A stretch of 64,000 bases of DNA from Priapulus caudatus (lineage: Eukaryota): NCBI RefSeq assembly GCF_000485595.1, contig NW_014577061.1:93791-157790 (forward strand). The letters are read 5' to 3'. The notes under the pieces were generated by a model. It did no database searches. It was not told where the DNA came from and worked only from the letters and a program-made list of their open reading frames with translations. Positions 12,564 to 27,119 of this stretch are shown in pieces. Each line of letters starts with the position of its first letter. Positions within the stretch are counted from its first letter, which is position 1. Both the position numbers and the translations under genes were made by a program.

Positions 12564-14327
12564 TACTTAATTCTCCCGCTTTCATCGCCTACGGAATTAC
12601 AGGCTCACCGCACCTCTTCAACCGTGCAGCGTATTATTAACACATCTCGGATGTAAGCAGCTAGGTCTAGCAGCTAATAAACGCATGGCGGGCCCCCAAA
12701 TCAGGAATCGACAGCGCGGGCCAAATAATATCCAGAGAGACCGGGTACAAAATGGCGTTGCGCAAAAGAGGCGGTGTTCCCGACCGATCGAGATCGGATA
12801 AGCCGCGCACTTCTGCGGGAGCTAGGCGCACGCGACCGCGGGGGTGTTCTGCGTAGCATCTCGAGCTGCCCGCTATACGGCGGCTTCAAAACACCTCTCG
12901 CTCTCATTAAGGCACTTGGCACCTCGATCGCATACATCACATTGTTTTGAATCACGATGATTTTCGCATGTGCGTATATATTGCGCTATTGCCTCGTCGA
13001 TATCGTTTTCACGATGCATCTAAAATCGCTGTGAATATAATGAAGGCGAACGTGCGATATTTGATTGCAGTTGGCTGTGAGCTGTGACGTCACGTCGGCG
13101 ACAAATCACAATCGCAGACGCGAATTGCAGACGCGCGATTTTCTGTCGACCGAGCGCCACCTGACGGACAGTCAACCGAAAATCGTCCGTGTACTAGCTA
13201 GGTTATGAGAAAATATATATGCCCCCACCCCTACAGTTAGGCTGCCATCAACGGAGTCTTCAGCCTCGGTCTTCCTCTCGATCTTTTCGCCGGCTTGGTT
13301 CCTTCGAGACACATTCTTTCCAAGCCATTCACCAGCTAGATGATGCCAAAATTTCTAAATAATAACCATATAAAAAATATAATATATATATATATATAAT
13401 AAATAAAATAATGATATAGCCAAAAATTCTAATTGTGGTTTACGTATCGTTCTCAGTCGGTATCAGTTCAAGTCTCACTGCCATATAGAACAGTACAGAT
13501 TTACATGATTTATATATATGAGATAAAAAAATGTAGCATATCGTATCAGCAGTTTATTTTGTTATTTTATTATTTTTGTTCATGTCTCACTGGCATATAG
13601 AACAGTACATATTTACAGGATTCATAGATATGAGATAAAAGATTTAGCAAATGATTTCAGTAGGTTTTTTTCAATTAATTTATCAAATTTTTATCGGTTA
13701 GTGGTGTTCTGTCAAGCTTCTTTGCAAGTGATCTTCTTTGACACTCTTGGTGATTTCTTTGCTTCATCTGCAATCTCAAGACGGAGTACGGCCCAAGGAG
13801 ATAAATTAGTGTCAAAACAAATTCATTCAATATCAGCTTGCAGTTTGGAATTAAGTTATATTTTACGAAATCTATATACGTATGGATTTTACCTCTTTGA
13901 TGGTTATAAACCTTGTTTATCACTTTCCTATTGCAGTGAATTCAATATTTATACTCTCCGCATTTTATCATCAGTTATCGTTAGTTACGTGTGTTGTTAG
14001 TTATTTGACATTTGTAAAGGCGTGAAGATGAAATAGATTTAGTTACAGGACACCTTTATGTACTTTATCTTGCTATGAATATTGACGCCTGATAGAGATC
14101 CAGATACTACGTACGATTTCGTCGCTAAAATTTCTTTTTCGCGCCAAGGTGCTAAATATTATTCTGGCGATATGGCTCATGGGACCAATAGGCATGTATA
14201 TATGCAGATTGTTAGTTTGATAACAACGGAGGACCAATGCGCCATAGTTTTAAATATTTTATGTCGTATGTTTTTCTTCTTTACTTTAACACACGCTGAG
14301 GATTATCTCTTCTCTTACTTTTCGTAG

Positions 14328-14423
14328 CCGTTAAATTCAGCAGTTCAGAGGATTGTACCTAACGTAACACTCTCTAGCAGCATTGAATCTGGCAATCGAC
14401 GCTCGATCTCCAAGACAAGTTAG
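14328..14423 (+). other. Candidate non-coding (5'UTR) exon upstream of the F-BAR/Stac-like start exon
   Basis: Pyrimidine-rich acceptor ...TCTCTTACTTTTCGTAG and donor AG|GTAAGC. All three frames contain a stop. Confidence 0.3.
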
Positions 14424-14645
14424 GTAAGCTGATTAAACACCAACGCATCTGCGTGTACGCAGGCGAAACGCGTCGGCAATGAACCTGGCAATGGCAATGG
14501 CTGTGTTGGCCCTGGAGAGTGGTCGAGTGAGTTAGTGTACTCCCCATCATCGAGTAAGAACGCTCAGTGCGTTGTTGCTTGATTAGACAGCAAGTCGGAT
14601 CACCTATAGCAGTTCCTAGAAGTCGCTCGTGTTTTACAACCGAAA

Positions 14646-14742
14646 ATGGCGTCCAGGAAGCATTTGGTCTGTCTTGGATATTGGAAAAAATCGCTCGACG
14701 AGGCCAAAAAACGATTAGTGCTGTTAGATGACTATGAAATGG
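14646..14742 (+). CDS. Stacl: First coding exon of an F-BAR-like / Stac-like (SH3 and cysteine-rich domain) protein
   Basis: AAAATGG start context and open frame MASRKHLVCLGYWKKSLDEAKKRLVLLDDYEM. Donor G|GTGAGC in phase 1 joins exon 60874 in frame (G+TT=Val). Not in the ORF track because it is short. Family recognised from memory. Confidence 0.6.
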
Positions 14743-15321
14743 GTGAGCTCGATGTATAGAATTTTGTAACGCACGCGAGTGACGAAGACGAGACGCTCTA
14801 CGAAGGATGAACCGTAGATTACATTACCATGTACGCGCAATCAGCTTTCATGCATGCATTGTTAATGAGTAACAGAGATCAAAAATGTTTAACGTAAATT
14901 GGTAGCGAAATTTGCCTCTAGTATAGTCATTAATCAGTCCATCACACGGCGATTGTCTCGTCGGACTGATTATCTCTCTACATATATATACCTCTTGCAT
15001 ATTCGCTAATGGGGATGTTATGTTCGTTCCTGTTGCTCGGTAATTTAAGCCGGTTTATGGTCGATATGCCCTCCTTGGGAATTTGAAGCCGTCGGGCAAC
15101 ACGAGGAAAACATGGCCTGACAAGTTATTTTCTTTGACGGAAAATGGCAACAACAGTGAAGCATAATATTACTAATTAGCATTATTCATCACCTACGTAC
15201 GTATATATAGCTGCAAACGCCCACACCTACTTACATGTCTAACTCGACTAACATTGATTATGTATACAGCACGTCAACGCATTCTTAGGTCCCCGCTTAT
15301 AGTACTTGTATCTGGCCTGGT

Positions 15322-15420
15322 ACGTGCGTGCGTGCGTGTGTGCGTGAGTGCGTGTGTGCGTGCACGCGTCTGTGCGTTCGTGCGCCTGTCTATGTGTGCG
15401 TGCGTTCGTGCTATGCGTGG
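15322..15420. repeat. (GCGT/GT)n microsatellite
   Basis: Direct inspection. Confidence 0.8.
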
Positions 15421-15932
15421 AAGTGGGTATTTATGGCTCATAATGTTATTTTCAGGCGTTTTGATTGTTTATGTTCATTATTATGTTGTAATGCGTTGCG
15501 AGTTATTTGCAACGGACCCTGGAAAATAGTTATTTACAACGTTTTCTCGAGCCATTCATTTCCCCCAACTTCCTACTGCACGCCATTACTAACATCCGGA
15601 GCAGCAAGATTGCTCAATTTTAGCGCATCAGTAACAAGATGATGGATATCTATAGTTATCGTCTATCTACGATGTTTATAGGATGTGTTAGTCTGCTTAG
15701 ATGTACTTTATCGAACGCTGTACGTCCGCGAAAGTTTGATCCCCCCTCCGGAAGCTGCATGCCTAGATCGCTGCCCAATGGTTATCTAACTCCCTCGTCA
15801 ATCCTTTCTTGAACATCTCTTTAGCTTGGTTCGCCTCCGTCGATACCTCTCTGTGTCTCATGGCCATACGGCGTGCCCTTGTCTTTTTCAACCTTTTATC
15901 AACCCTATCTTAGCACACTATATAGTCCTAAT

Positions 15933-15963
15933 TTTCTCTCTCCTCTCTCTCTCTCTCTCTCTG

Positions 15964-16004
<41 letters not shown>

Positions 16005-16250
16005 CTTTTTCTCTCTGCATTTCTCTATCTACTTTTCTCTCTCTCCCTCTCTCTCTCTGCCTTTCTTTCTCTCTCTCTCTCTCTCTCTGCCTTTCTTTCT
16101 TTCTTTCTCTCTCTCTCTCTGCCTTTCTTTCTTTCTCTCTCTCTCTCTCTTTCTCTCTGCATTTCTTTCTCTCCCTCTCTCTCTCTCTCTTTCTCTCTCT
16201 CCTCCCTCCCTCTCCCTCTCTCTGTCTTTCTCTCGCGCTCTCCCCCCCCC
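15933..16250. repeat. (CT)n-rich polypyrimidine tract
   Basis: Direct inspection; source of the spurious LS/ER ORFs. Confidence 0.95.
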
Positions 16251-16632
16251 AACACACACTATCGCTCGTTTCAAGGGTCCATAATAGAAAATTATTTCAA
16301 AAAAATTATTCGTTTATTCGCCTTTTCGATCGCTGACCCTGCGCATTCTATCTTACTTAAGAATCCATTCGGTGCGATCAGCAACTGCACGCACGCAATC
16401 CGGCACATGTGACTTCTTTTAATGACGTCGTAATCGTGGAATTTCGGTACGTGATCGGGTCGATTCGCCATCCCGGCGTTCTACGACGGGACACATAAAG
16501 GCACGCTCGTTTTAACGGGGTGTTGGAGGCAGCTTCGATAACATGACTTGACCAGACACGACTTATAAATTACGTAAAGAGATACCTGCACATATTCTTT
16601 CGGCGCACGGCTTTAGACATGTACGTAGGCAT

Positions 16633-16697
16633 TCTCTCTCTCTCTCTCTCGCTCTCTCTTTCTCTCTCTCTCCATCTCTCTCTCTCTTTCTCGCTCC

Positions 16698-16772
<75 letters not shown>

Positions 16773-16778
16773 TCTCTC
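16633..16778. repeat. (CT)n microsatellite
   Basis: Direct inspection. Confidence 0.95.
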
Positions 16779-19524
16779 GAGTAACATATTCCGCGTTGCA
16801 CGTAGCTTGGTTCGACCAAGTTAGTCTCGTAGTTCTGGTTAACCGCTCGCAATTTGTTTACTGCAGCTAATTTCACTGTTCATGCATATGCCATGTTGAC
16901 CGTAGCGGCGGCGATATATTCGTTGAAAAGTCGTAACGTTGCATATCAGAGTCACGCGGGTATCATATGTATAGTAAGGCGGCGTATGTGTATGAAGTGT
17001 CATAGCTCTAGAACCATAGCCCTTCGCTCTGCCACAGGGGACTTCGAGCTGCCGACCCGCTCATCAGATTATGTTTGTTCACAGAGAGAGATATATAATC
17101 TATATATAGGTCTAAAGGGACTCCAATTATTCTTAAGCCCACTGCGCGCACCGCCCTGCCTTTGCTTACACACGACGTGTACCGCAACGCGGTAATTGCA
17201 AGACCGAGCCGAGCAGGAATCGCGTTAATTGCGGGCTGCGGTATCTCTGCCTAATCATTACATGACTTTTAGGCGGGCAAGTGGCGAGTTCTAATGGGTT
17301 CAGACACGAGCTAATGTGTTTGCTCTGCAATCAGATTCGGATTGTGAGGTCATACGTGGGGGCATTGCGATCTAATGACTATACTTACGTTTACACCCTT
17401 GCGAGATATGTGACGCTAATCTGCTTATACCATAATGCGAGTATTCGTTATGAAGATTTGTTCGCGTTGTATTTGAGAATTTTTGCACTAGAGGTACTGC
17501 TCAGTTAGTATTGAGATGATTATACCAAGGCACTGTAGCCGCTATAGGTATACCGTTATGCGGTGTAGCACGAAAACCGCTTCTTGTACTCAGTTTTCTC
17601 TTTTTTTTATACTTATCGCTTCTGTCGTATCCCACACCTTTTTTCATCAACCCTTATTTGGTCGTATACCGGGCATTGTCGTTAAAGACAACAGTGGGTA
17701 GACACATTATAAAGAACATAATAGCATAGTACATTTACCTTCGCCTGAACACTGACCTATATATATATAGATATATCACTGTACATGCGACATATTCCCT
17801 CCGTAGCCTAGGTAATCACAGTGGATCCCGCGCTATCCGGCGGTAAACACTCAAGCCGTATATTCTTCCGAGTCTCGTTCGAAATCCGTGACATTCATCG
17901 CGATGAACTAAAGGATGCGTCACTGCTGCCGTCAGCAGTGAACTATAGAATGCGTCACTGCTGCCGTCAGCAGTGACGCAGGTTGCGAGCGACGACACGT
18001 CGATGCGAATGGCAGACGAGCTCCCGCTGATGGTTCAGCGGGGACGAAGGCGCGTCTGTGATATATGACCACTGCTGCATGTGGTTCATCATTCCATCGT
18101 TTACGCGAATTGCATAGCCGCAACCATCGCTGGTTGGTTCATCAGGGCTGATTCCCAGCCGGAAAGTCGCTAATTTGCACGGAATTTGCCGCACTATTTG
18201 ACAGACTGAACTCTCGCCGCGTATAATTCAGCTTCATTGAGTGTAGTTCCTGGTGTAATGACAGGATGCCTAGTGGTGGTGTGCCAGTAATGAAGTGGTT
18301 ACGTGATACGTGATCAGTCGATAGCACAGCGCTGTAGGTTCCTCATACAGTACTGCGTGCATGAATCATCGGTTAGCGTTTGTGTATTCGACGTCACAGA
18401 AAACTACACGGCATTCAATAATTCAACGCTTTAAAATCGCACGCTTTGTCGGCCATATGCATTTGTCGCGTACTAGTATTTATTTATTCATTCATTCATT
18501 TATGAAAATATTTATTGAATTTCTCGTCGTCAATGTGTGGGAAATAAAGGCAAAATGCATTGTAACGTTTTGTAAAATAAGATAAAAATGACATCGGGCA
18601 TGGTAATAAAATAAAATCTATTGATAAGAAACCTTGGAAATGATGTACCATTGGAGCGCAGCATAACGTATAATAATTTCAGATAATAATCCAATTTTAT
18701 TTTGTCTATATCTGTTCCTTTTGCGTATTTCGTTTCAACTTTGCGCAACGACGTTCCAATTAGTACTCAGGAGATATATCGTAACACAGAATCTATAAAG
18801 CTGGTGTAAAATAAGCTCCCCTTGCAATTATGGTTCATAATTGAGTAACACAATATATCAATGCTTCTCCTCCGTAGAGCGGTGCCTTTAGAACGACAGT
18901 CGAATGTAATAGTATAACGAACCGCGCTGCCAAATACATTATTCACGGTGAAACGCATAGATATTGCTTAATGGTGTCGACACATGGGTGCATTCACTAT
19001 GTATGCGTAGGTGCTAGCAGTGGCTTTTTAGTCAGCGCGTTTGAAGCAATGCGTGTAATATTAGTACGTCACTCAGGAAGGTGTGACCTTGTAGTTGCTA
19101 GAGCTGTCGGTGACGTCATCCGATGACGTAGGTTTGTTCACTGATACTGTTTAGCCAATTACTATACCCGTGAAGAGATCAAGCGTTCGCGCCCACATAA
19201 AAGCGAATCAGTGCTTTTCCCTTTCTACAAAGCAGAACGTGCGAACTGTTAAATCACACAACATGATGGATCAGGTGGGCAGCCGAGACGTGAGTGAGAG
19301 TTTGACAGGTTGTATTTTCACGGATGCAACGCGGAAGATTATAGCCTGGACGCATTTGTGATTAGGAAAAAATATTTAACGTTCTAATATGTTGGGATAG
19401 AAAAAATGTGTTAAATGGCAGTATGTTTAATAATGCTTTTGGCGTCAACCTCTGCAGTTATATAAAATGTAGTTCTGAAAGCAAATACTATTTAAGCTTG
19501 GAATATTGTCTACTGTAGGCATTC

Positions 19525-19570
<46 letters not shown>

Positions 19571-20840
19571 TATACATATAATTGTAAAAAAATAGAATAG
19601 TAACTATTTTTTTTTTTGCGAGGTTTCGAGAACATGTGTCTCTTCCTCGGGCTACACAACAACAACAACAACGTTTATTTTTCACGTTTCATGCTCTTTA
19701 GCCATGTCGATTCAAATGAAGAACTCGCCAACGGTTGACTTTGGGTTTTAATTGCACATCGCGGTTGGTTCTAAATTCGCCGTTACATAGGGGTTATCAG
19801 TTGTGGTTCTCTCTATTCATCGACGATGGTGGTAGAGTTACAAAGAATCTGTAAAGGCTACAAATCTGTGTAACTATTTCATGATATAATGTGATACATT
19901 GTAAGATATTAGGGTCAGTTAACGTACAGAAATTTGCGAAGTCGAAATTTACTAATGTGTACTTGTGTTTCTTGTAAACGTAAAAATATAGCTCACAGAG
20001 GCTCAGTAAACTTCCCCTCAATGGCCGGTCTTACTAACATTCTACGCCTTTAAACTTGTATTAAAACAAAGAAACCAGCGCTATTATTAGAATTAGCAGG
20101 TAGATAATAATCAAAATGTTTACTCTCAATGCAAGGTTGAAGCTCAATTGGAAGGTTTGCTACCAAAGTAACAGCTCAGCTTCGTGTATTTCTCTCTTAA
20201 TCCTCACTACCAACTGACAGGGGCTAGGAATAGGAAACATGAGTTAACACATGTCGTTAATAAAGGAAGAATTTCACACTTAAGTCTACGCTTGCCTTAC
20301 GGCTACGTTAAGCAAAGCTGGTTTACCTAAAATGTTATTGAACTGGTGTGTGGTGAATATGGTGTGTTTCCATTCTCTAGGATCAATAAAGATAATTATG
20401 TTTATTCGTTATCAATAATGGGTCCAAGCATAATATCATACAATGATATTGGTATAATATGTATAATATTTAATAATGTATATAATATGTATAATAATGT
20501 ATAACAATTCACCATTTAGCTAATCAGGTAGTTTGTCAGAAATTGGGGTTTATATAAGTTATAAGTGATACAGTATTCGTAGTTTGCTAGCAATACGCAG
20601 CCGCTGTTTACTCGAATGTGTCCCTGAGGAAGTTAATCAAATATAAAGTTATTGCAACATGCGTACAGAATTCAATATAGAATATTTGCTGTAACAGGCT
20701 GTCATGCATTGCCGGTGACAACCTAATCTCAAGACGAATGAAACGCATGACGTTGCCGCGTGAACCCATTTATATACTAGGCCTATACATGTAAGACTCT
20801 CTGAGAGTAATTGAATTACTATGTCCGTTATTTTTAACAA

Positions 20841-20864
20841 CAGGAGTCTATTGATAGACTCCTG
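20841..20864. mobile_element. 24-bp P-type terminal remnant / excision footprint CAGGAGTCTAT-TG-ATAGACTCCTG
   Basis: 11-bp perfect inverted arms. 7-bp direct repeat TTAACAA at 20834-20840 and 20865-20871. Confidence 0.7.
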
Positions 20865-21259
20865 TTAACAAGGCAAAGGGTTCTGGCGATTGATAATGAA
20901 TTCAGGTTTATTGCAGAATCTTTGCAAAAAGCACGATGCGTGTGAAAACTCCCAGATTCTCTTAGAGTTGATGATGCGATGCAAAATTAAGTTTGAAATT
21001 CAGTAATTCCGCAATATTAATGTCGACAGTTTGGCTAAGGACTTGTAGGCGTAAATAAATTCACACGTTCTATGTAGTCACGCAGCAATTTAAATGTCTG
21101 AATATTCTAATGCTGTGCACTTTACTAAGCAATACTCCTTTCACATTGCACCTTCGCTCTACATTAAAATGCGCGAAAATGCATCGCGTGTATACGAAAA
21201 AGTATAAAGACTAATTTAATATGAGTTGAGCAATAAAATATGCAATAACGTAAAGGGCA

Positions 21260-21545
21260 ACACACACACGCACGCACGCACGCACGCACGCACGCCCGAG
21301 CACGCCGCGCACAGACGAGCGAATAGAGAAAGATGAAATAGTAAGAGCGAGGCAGAGAGAAAGAGAAGGGGAGCAGAAACGAGAGGGAGAACGTGAGAAT
21401 TAGAGAGAAAAAGAGATTGGGTAGAGAAAGAATGAGAGAGAGAGAGGGGTGAGTGAGAGAGATAGCGTGATAGAGGAGAGCGAGAGAGAAAGGGGGAGTG
21501 TGTAAGAGAGAGTGAGGACGAGAGAGAGGCGAGAGGGAGAGAGAT
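21260..21545. repeat. (CA)/(GCAC) microsatellite followed by a degenerate GA-rich tract
   Basis: Direct inspection. Confidence 0.85.
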
Positions 21546-22794
21546 AGCAATTTACAACGAGATTGTTTTCCATCGCCAGAGGAATTATGGATTTGAAGCG
21601 TTTTCGTTAAAATGTCGCTGTCGCGTTTCAACGAGGTTGATGTTTTTTCTGCCTTGCTGCTCAACGCCTTTTCGTATTTTGCTATTACCGCCCGCCCTTT
21701 ACGTTGACATTCACGAAGACCTTGACAATATATGAAGCAATACTAAATGTTTTCCTAGCCATGTCATCCATTCCCGCATACTATCGCTATTACTCTAAAC
21801 TAGACCTATATAAGACACACATATATCTCAAAAATATGTTGTAATTTTCGCCCATAGGCAATGAATTCGTTTTTTTCAGAGCGGTGATTTGGTAGTATGA
21901 ACCATGTTGTTCCCCTGTCAGGTTCATTTGTAAATATCCCCGTGTTACGGATTGCGAAAAATGTTTTTCTAAAGTCTTTCTGCGACTATTCTATGACGTT
22001 AATACGTACTAAACCAACAAACAAGGTGGTATAATATACAATCAATTATAGATGTGATAATACAAAGATGCATACGCTATGTGGATCAGAGCGTAGTTCG
22101 AAAGAGTGTAGAGAAGTCGCGTTTTCCTGAAAGAAAATAATGTAATTTTAAAATGCCTGAAACTGTTAATTTAAAATTAATAAAATTATTTTTGATCCTT
22201 AAGTAAGTAAAATTCTAATCTATTTTATCCAGTATAGCACTGCACTACCTCTACATTACTGACATGCAGCAGCATTTATTATCCTATCAATTGCACATCC
22301 CACTACTTGCACGCCTGTCGCGAGATTTGACTTTTAGTATAACCCCTAACTAATATATACGGCTATACGCGATACAATTAAAGTTACGTCGACGAGGCCG
22401 TACGTCTGGTGTGTTACTGTGAATTCATAAACGAGTAATGCAGCCTATTGAATACCTTTAATGCGATTTACTTAGATAATTTTAGACATTGCACGTGCGG
22501 GTAAACATTTTTCCGCATCCGTGATAGCTATATGTCGCATCCAATTACTCTAATTTGGTTAATGTCATGCCTGATTGTGAATGATAAATTTGCGATATTT
22601 TCGAAAAACGTCTCTAATGAATTTTAGTAGACAACGGTAAAGAGCCGAAAGGATAATGTGCAAACTTACATAGAAAATATAAACTGGCGCTCAAGTCTGT
22701 TCTTGGGGAAGATAGCGGTAGGACTAACCGCATTTGTTGCATTGGACTGTTGTCGCGTGTGTGCGCGCGCGTGTGTGTAGGTGAGTAGCAACGT

Positions 22795-22797
22795 ACG

Positions 22798-22873
<76 letters not shown>
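22795..22873. repeat. (GCGT)n microsatellite
   Basis: Direct inspection. Confidence 0.95.
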
Positions 22874-23126
22874 TACATGAGTCAGTGAGTCAGTGTGTGC
22901 GTACGTGTGGCTCTCGGGGATTGTAAGGTTGTTGTTTTTTATAAAAAAATAACAATAACTTTTCAATGAATAGTTATCATTTCCATATCGTCGCAATGTG
23001 ATTGCTTATTGATTGAAATAGATATAATTGCTCTCATTCTACGGGAATGTATCATCGATCAATGGATTAGTATCGTCTAGATGGACAACTTTGTTTTTGC
23101 GAGTAATCGTGATTAACAGACTTTGG

Positions 23127-23129
<3 letters not shown>

Positions 23130-23167
<38 letters not shown>

Positions 23168-24178
23168 TCCTCCTCTTCTCTACTCTCTCGTCTTGTCCTC
23201 TCTCTCGCGTCTCATGCTTTATTCATCGCTCCTCAGTCTCTCTTCGTTCTCTCTTCGTCTCTCTCTCGCGTCTCTCTGTCTCTCTCCTCCCGTCGTCTCG
23301 TCTCTCTGTCTCTGTCCCTCATTTATCCTCTCGTCTCTCCTCTCCTCCATCTCTCGTCTCGCATCTGCCGCTCCCGTCTCTCTCTCTCCTCCATTCGTCT
23401 CTCTCTTTTCTCTCTCTCCTCTCTTCCTTTCTCTCAGACTCTTTCTCCTCCGTTCGTCGATTCTCTCTCCTCTCTCTCGCTCCTCTTTCTTCTCTCTCTC
23501 CTGTCTCTCCTCTCTCTNNNNNNNNNNNNNNNNNNNNNNNNNNNNNNNNNNNNNNNNNNNNNNNNNNNNNNNNNNNNNNNNNNNNNNNNNNNNNNNNNNN
23601 NNNNNNNNNNNNNNNNNNNNNNNNNNNNNNNNNNNNNNNNNNNNNNNNNNNNNNNNNNNNNNNNNNNNNNNNNNNNNNNNNNNNNNNNNNNNNNNNNNNN
23701 NNNNNNNNNNNNNNNNNNNNNNNNNNNNNNNNNNNNNNNNNNNNNNNNNNNNNNNNNNNNNNNNNNNNNNNNNNNNNNNNNNNNNNNNNNNNNNNNNNNN
23801 NNNNNNNNNNNNNNNNNNNNNNNNNNNNNNNNNNNNNNNNNNNNNNNNNNNNNNNNNNNNNNNNNNNNNNNNNNNNNNNNNNNNNNNNNNNNNNNNNNNN
23901 NNNNNNNNNNNNNNNNNNNNNNNNNNNNNNNNNNNNNNNNNNNNNNNNNNNNNNNNNNNNNNNNNNNNNNNNNNNNNNNNNNNNNNNNNNNNNNNNNNNN
24001 NNNNNNNNNNNNNNNNNNNNNNNNNNNNNNNNNNNNNNNNNNNNNNNNNNNNNNNNNNNNNNNNNNNNNNNNNNNNNNNNNNNNNNNNNNNNNNNNNNNN
24101 NNNNNNNNNNNNNNNNNNNNNNNNNNNNNNNNNNNNNNNNNNNNNNNNNNNNNNNNNNNNNNNNNNNNNNNNNNNNNN

Positions 24179-24236
<58 letters not shown>
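23130..24236. repeat. (CT)n tract, assembly gap (23518-24178) and (CA)n tract
   Basis: Direct inspection of repeats and N run. Confidence 0.95.
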
Positions 24237-24239
<3 letters not shown>

Positions 24240-27119
24240 AGCCCTGAGTGAGCGGCAATTCGACTACGCACATGCAGACGCAACTACTTTTTCATGACGG
24301 ATATGATTTTCTTATGAAATACCGAGCAAGTACTGTTAAGTCTTCCTGCCGTACCGGCTGACAAAACTCGAAGACCATATGCACGTTTTACGACTATTCT
24401 TAATCCTATTAGATTTTACATCGTCTCGAAAAGAACTTCATCATACTATAAGAGTAGAGCTGAGCTGGAAGTCCGTTTAGTAAACCTGCATCTTATGCGC
24501 AAGTACCCTCTCCGTTGTATCTGTAAGGAATAGGCAAAATTGTAGCTAACGCGATAGATTCACTGACTGATTCGACAAGCATATTTATCTTAGTTGGGTC
24601 ATTTGGACCGTTGGGGAATATTCTGCTTTACCAGAAGCGCATAGATCGCGAATCTTTCTATAAAACCGTCGATTTTTCGGATACTGCGCGAATGTATGAA
24701 TCATTGTTTTGTAGACCAACACTTCCTCCATGGTACAAACCGTTTGCGCTTTTGTTATTGTTGATAATTGTGAAAATCCCGTTTAAAACACGGCGACGTT
24801 TTGTTTTAGGTATGAATAAGTGAGTGTTATACTTAAAAGATTTTGAATAAAAACCACAGATCTATTCGATAGCCACACGAAATAGAATCCACAGTTGACA
24901 GAAAACTAGTTATTAACAGTGGGAAACGCAATATAACATTTATTGCATTACGAGGGAAACTCGTTTGTTTTAACATGATAATTTAATTTAATTTAATTTA
25001 AATATATTAAATTAAATTAAATTAATCGTTTTTCAAGTCTAAAATGACCATAGCCGTATTTTCTCTAGGTGCTACAACAATAACCGGTGCGGTGTTTCAT
25101 GCTAGGCCTATAGTATTCCATGTATGCTTCAACTCTGAAATAAAACGAAATAAACCCTAGACGTATTATTTTGTATTCTTTATATTTAGGTAGTACTCAC
25201 GTTCGTATAGGAAATTTACACATTGTTTTTTGTTCACAATTATAAGCCTACAAGCTAGGAGCAGATCTGTACCAATAATACCTATAGCCAGGGATGAATG
25301 ACCATGTGTTGAAAGAACACTTTTATCAGGATAATTATTTATTAATTAATTAGTTTTTAATTTGAAAGTACTTCTAAATTTTGAACTAGTTTATTTAATC
25401 ACACTCAACACGCTTCCTAATGAATAAATCTTGTCCATCCGATCAAAAACTACTTGCTCTCTCCTATCAAGCAATCTATAGGCTCCGCCTTATACATAAT
25501 TACCTACATTGTCGATAATCTGATCCACATCTTCCCTGCGTTTAATTTTTGCACGATCTGCAATATCCCATCGTAGTTGACGAACCCATTTTGAGCAGCC
25601 ACCGTGGACAATAAGTTTAATACACGCCAGGCGTCGTGGGGCTCATGTAATTATTTATATATATATGTATATATAAGAATATATATCGACTAATAACGCT
25701 TGCAGTTCTAGTGGCGCGTGGTACAGTGACATTTATGACCGATATTTTAGTTTCACTAGTACTTCAATTAACTAAAAAACAATCAAGTACGTGTCGTTAA
25801 AAGTCAACTAGTTATTGCGTTATGTTTCTCTCGGTCTGTGAAAATAATCTTTAGTGGGGCAATTAGATGATTGGCTCACATTTCAAAAGCATACATTAAG
25901 AAGGCGCCACTGTCATCAACTAAACATAGCAAACATTTGGAGATGCTATGCTCCAAAGTAAATATTTTCATTTGTAGATATAATTATAATTAATTGCTAT
26001 AATGTGTTTCGACACCTATAAAAGGAGAATAATGACATTATCGCGTACATTATATAATTACACGCACTAGTGCTCAGACAAAGGCATATGTTTAACTTAC
26101 TTTAACCTTATCGCAATTCAACGAGATTTTATTTGTTTACCTAAATTACAATTGTGGTACAATTACTCCTGGTACAATGTTTACCCTATAGCGTAATTGT
26201 TTTTTTCTCCACTGGCTTCTTTCTCAAATTTGAGCACACGTGCACGGTCGTAAATCTTCGCATACGAACGCGTACCGGCGTACACACACACATACATCGA
26301 TGAAAAACAGACCTAAAATAACTGCGGGCATGCTCATCATGTTTACGTGCGTGCAAGAAGAGGCTGGTTCGGCAGCGCTTCGTGGAAGCCTGGAGATCGA
26401 TTCTGGGTGTTAAGTGCCGCAAATCGTTAGTTCGGTTTACCGAAAGCTGTCGGAAAATGTTAATGATAGTCGTAAAACCACACATGGGAGTAATGTTTCA
26501 CCTACATAGAGACTGATAAAGTGTAAATGGCTATACCGCATCCATCACACAGACATGACGAGGAGGGTGCGTGGTCGGCCTATCTGAAACAGGAGTGTAT
26601 ATAAATATACACTATAATATACACTCCTGAAACCATATACCTGATATTACACTTTCTGGTTTACATAAATCAGCTAATCCCTTATTATACTTCATTATTG
26701 GTACTAAATCAAAATGCGACATACCTTTCGCCCAGATTGCAAGCAAATGTATGGCTGTCCAAGCATGAATTCTAGCAGTTTTATTCGTACGAGTATTATT
26801 ACATTTTTCGAGTAAGTACTGATGCATATATAAGAACGTATAAATGACGTTAATGATATTTTATTCATTTCAAAACTCACTTCGTTTCCACCAGCAGCTT
26901 ATAACGTAGAGTTTGATTGAGTTTTAATAATATCAGATTAACTTCTAAGTCATGTGAAACCGTGGCTAGCGGGACGGGGTACAAAGAGGAAGTTACCCCC
27001 CCCCCCACACACACACACGCACACAACCATTATATATACTATCAGATGGCCAAAAGCGAAACAGATAAGGTCTATCTCGGCTTCAGTACGCTGGTTCCAC
27101 TGGCGCTGGTTCCAGTACG

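Noticed and set aside
15826..16876. LS-rich and ER-rich ORFs
   Set aside because: Translations of (CT)n/(GA)n microsatellites.
17906..17980. 35-bp tandem duplication containing the hairpin GCGTCACTGCTG..CAGCAGTGACGC
   Set aside because: Probably a MITE scrap. No ends or TSD could be defined, and it has no tRNA or ncRNA structure.
23028..24283. ORFs of 279-407 aa, likewise 40175-40651 and 53937-55031
   Set aside because: They run through N gaps and microsatellites.
24420..24520. Strong minus-strand acceptor (TTTTGCCTATTCCTTACAG)
   Set aside because: No convincing donor or recognisable peptide in any frame.
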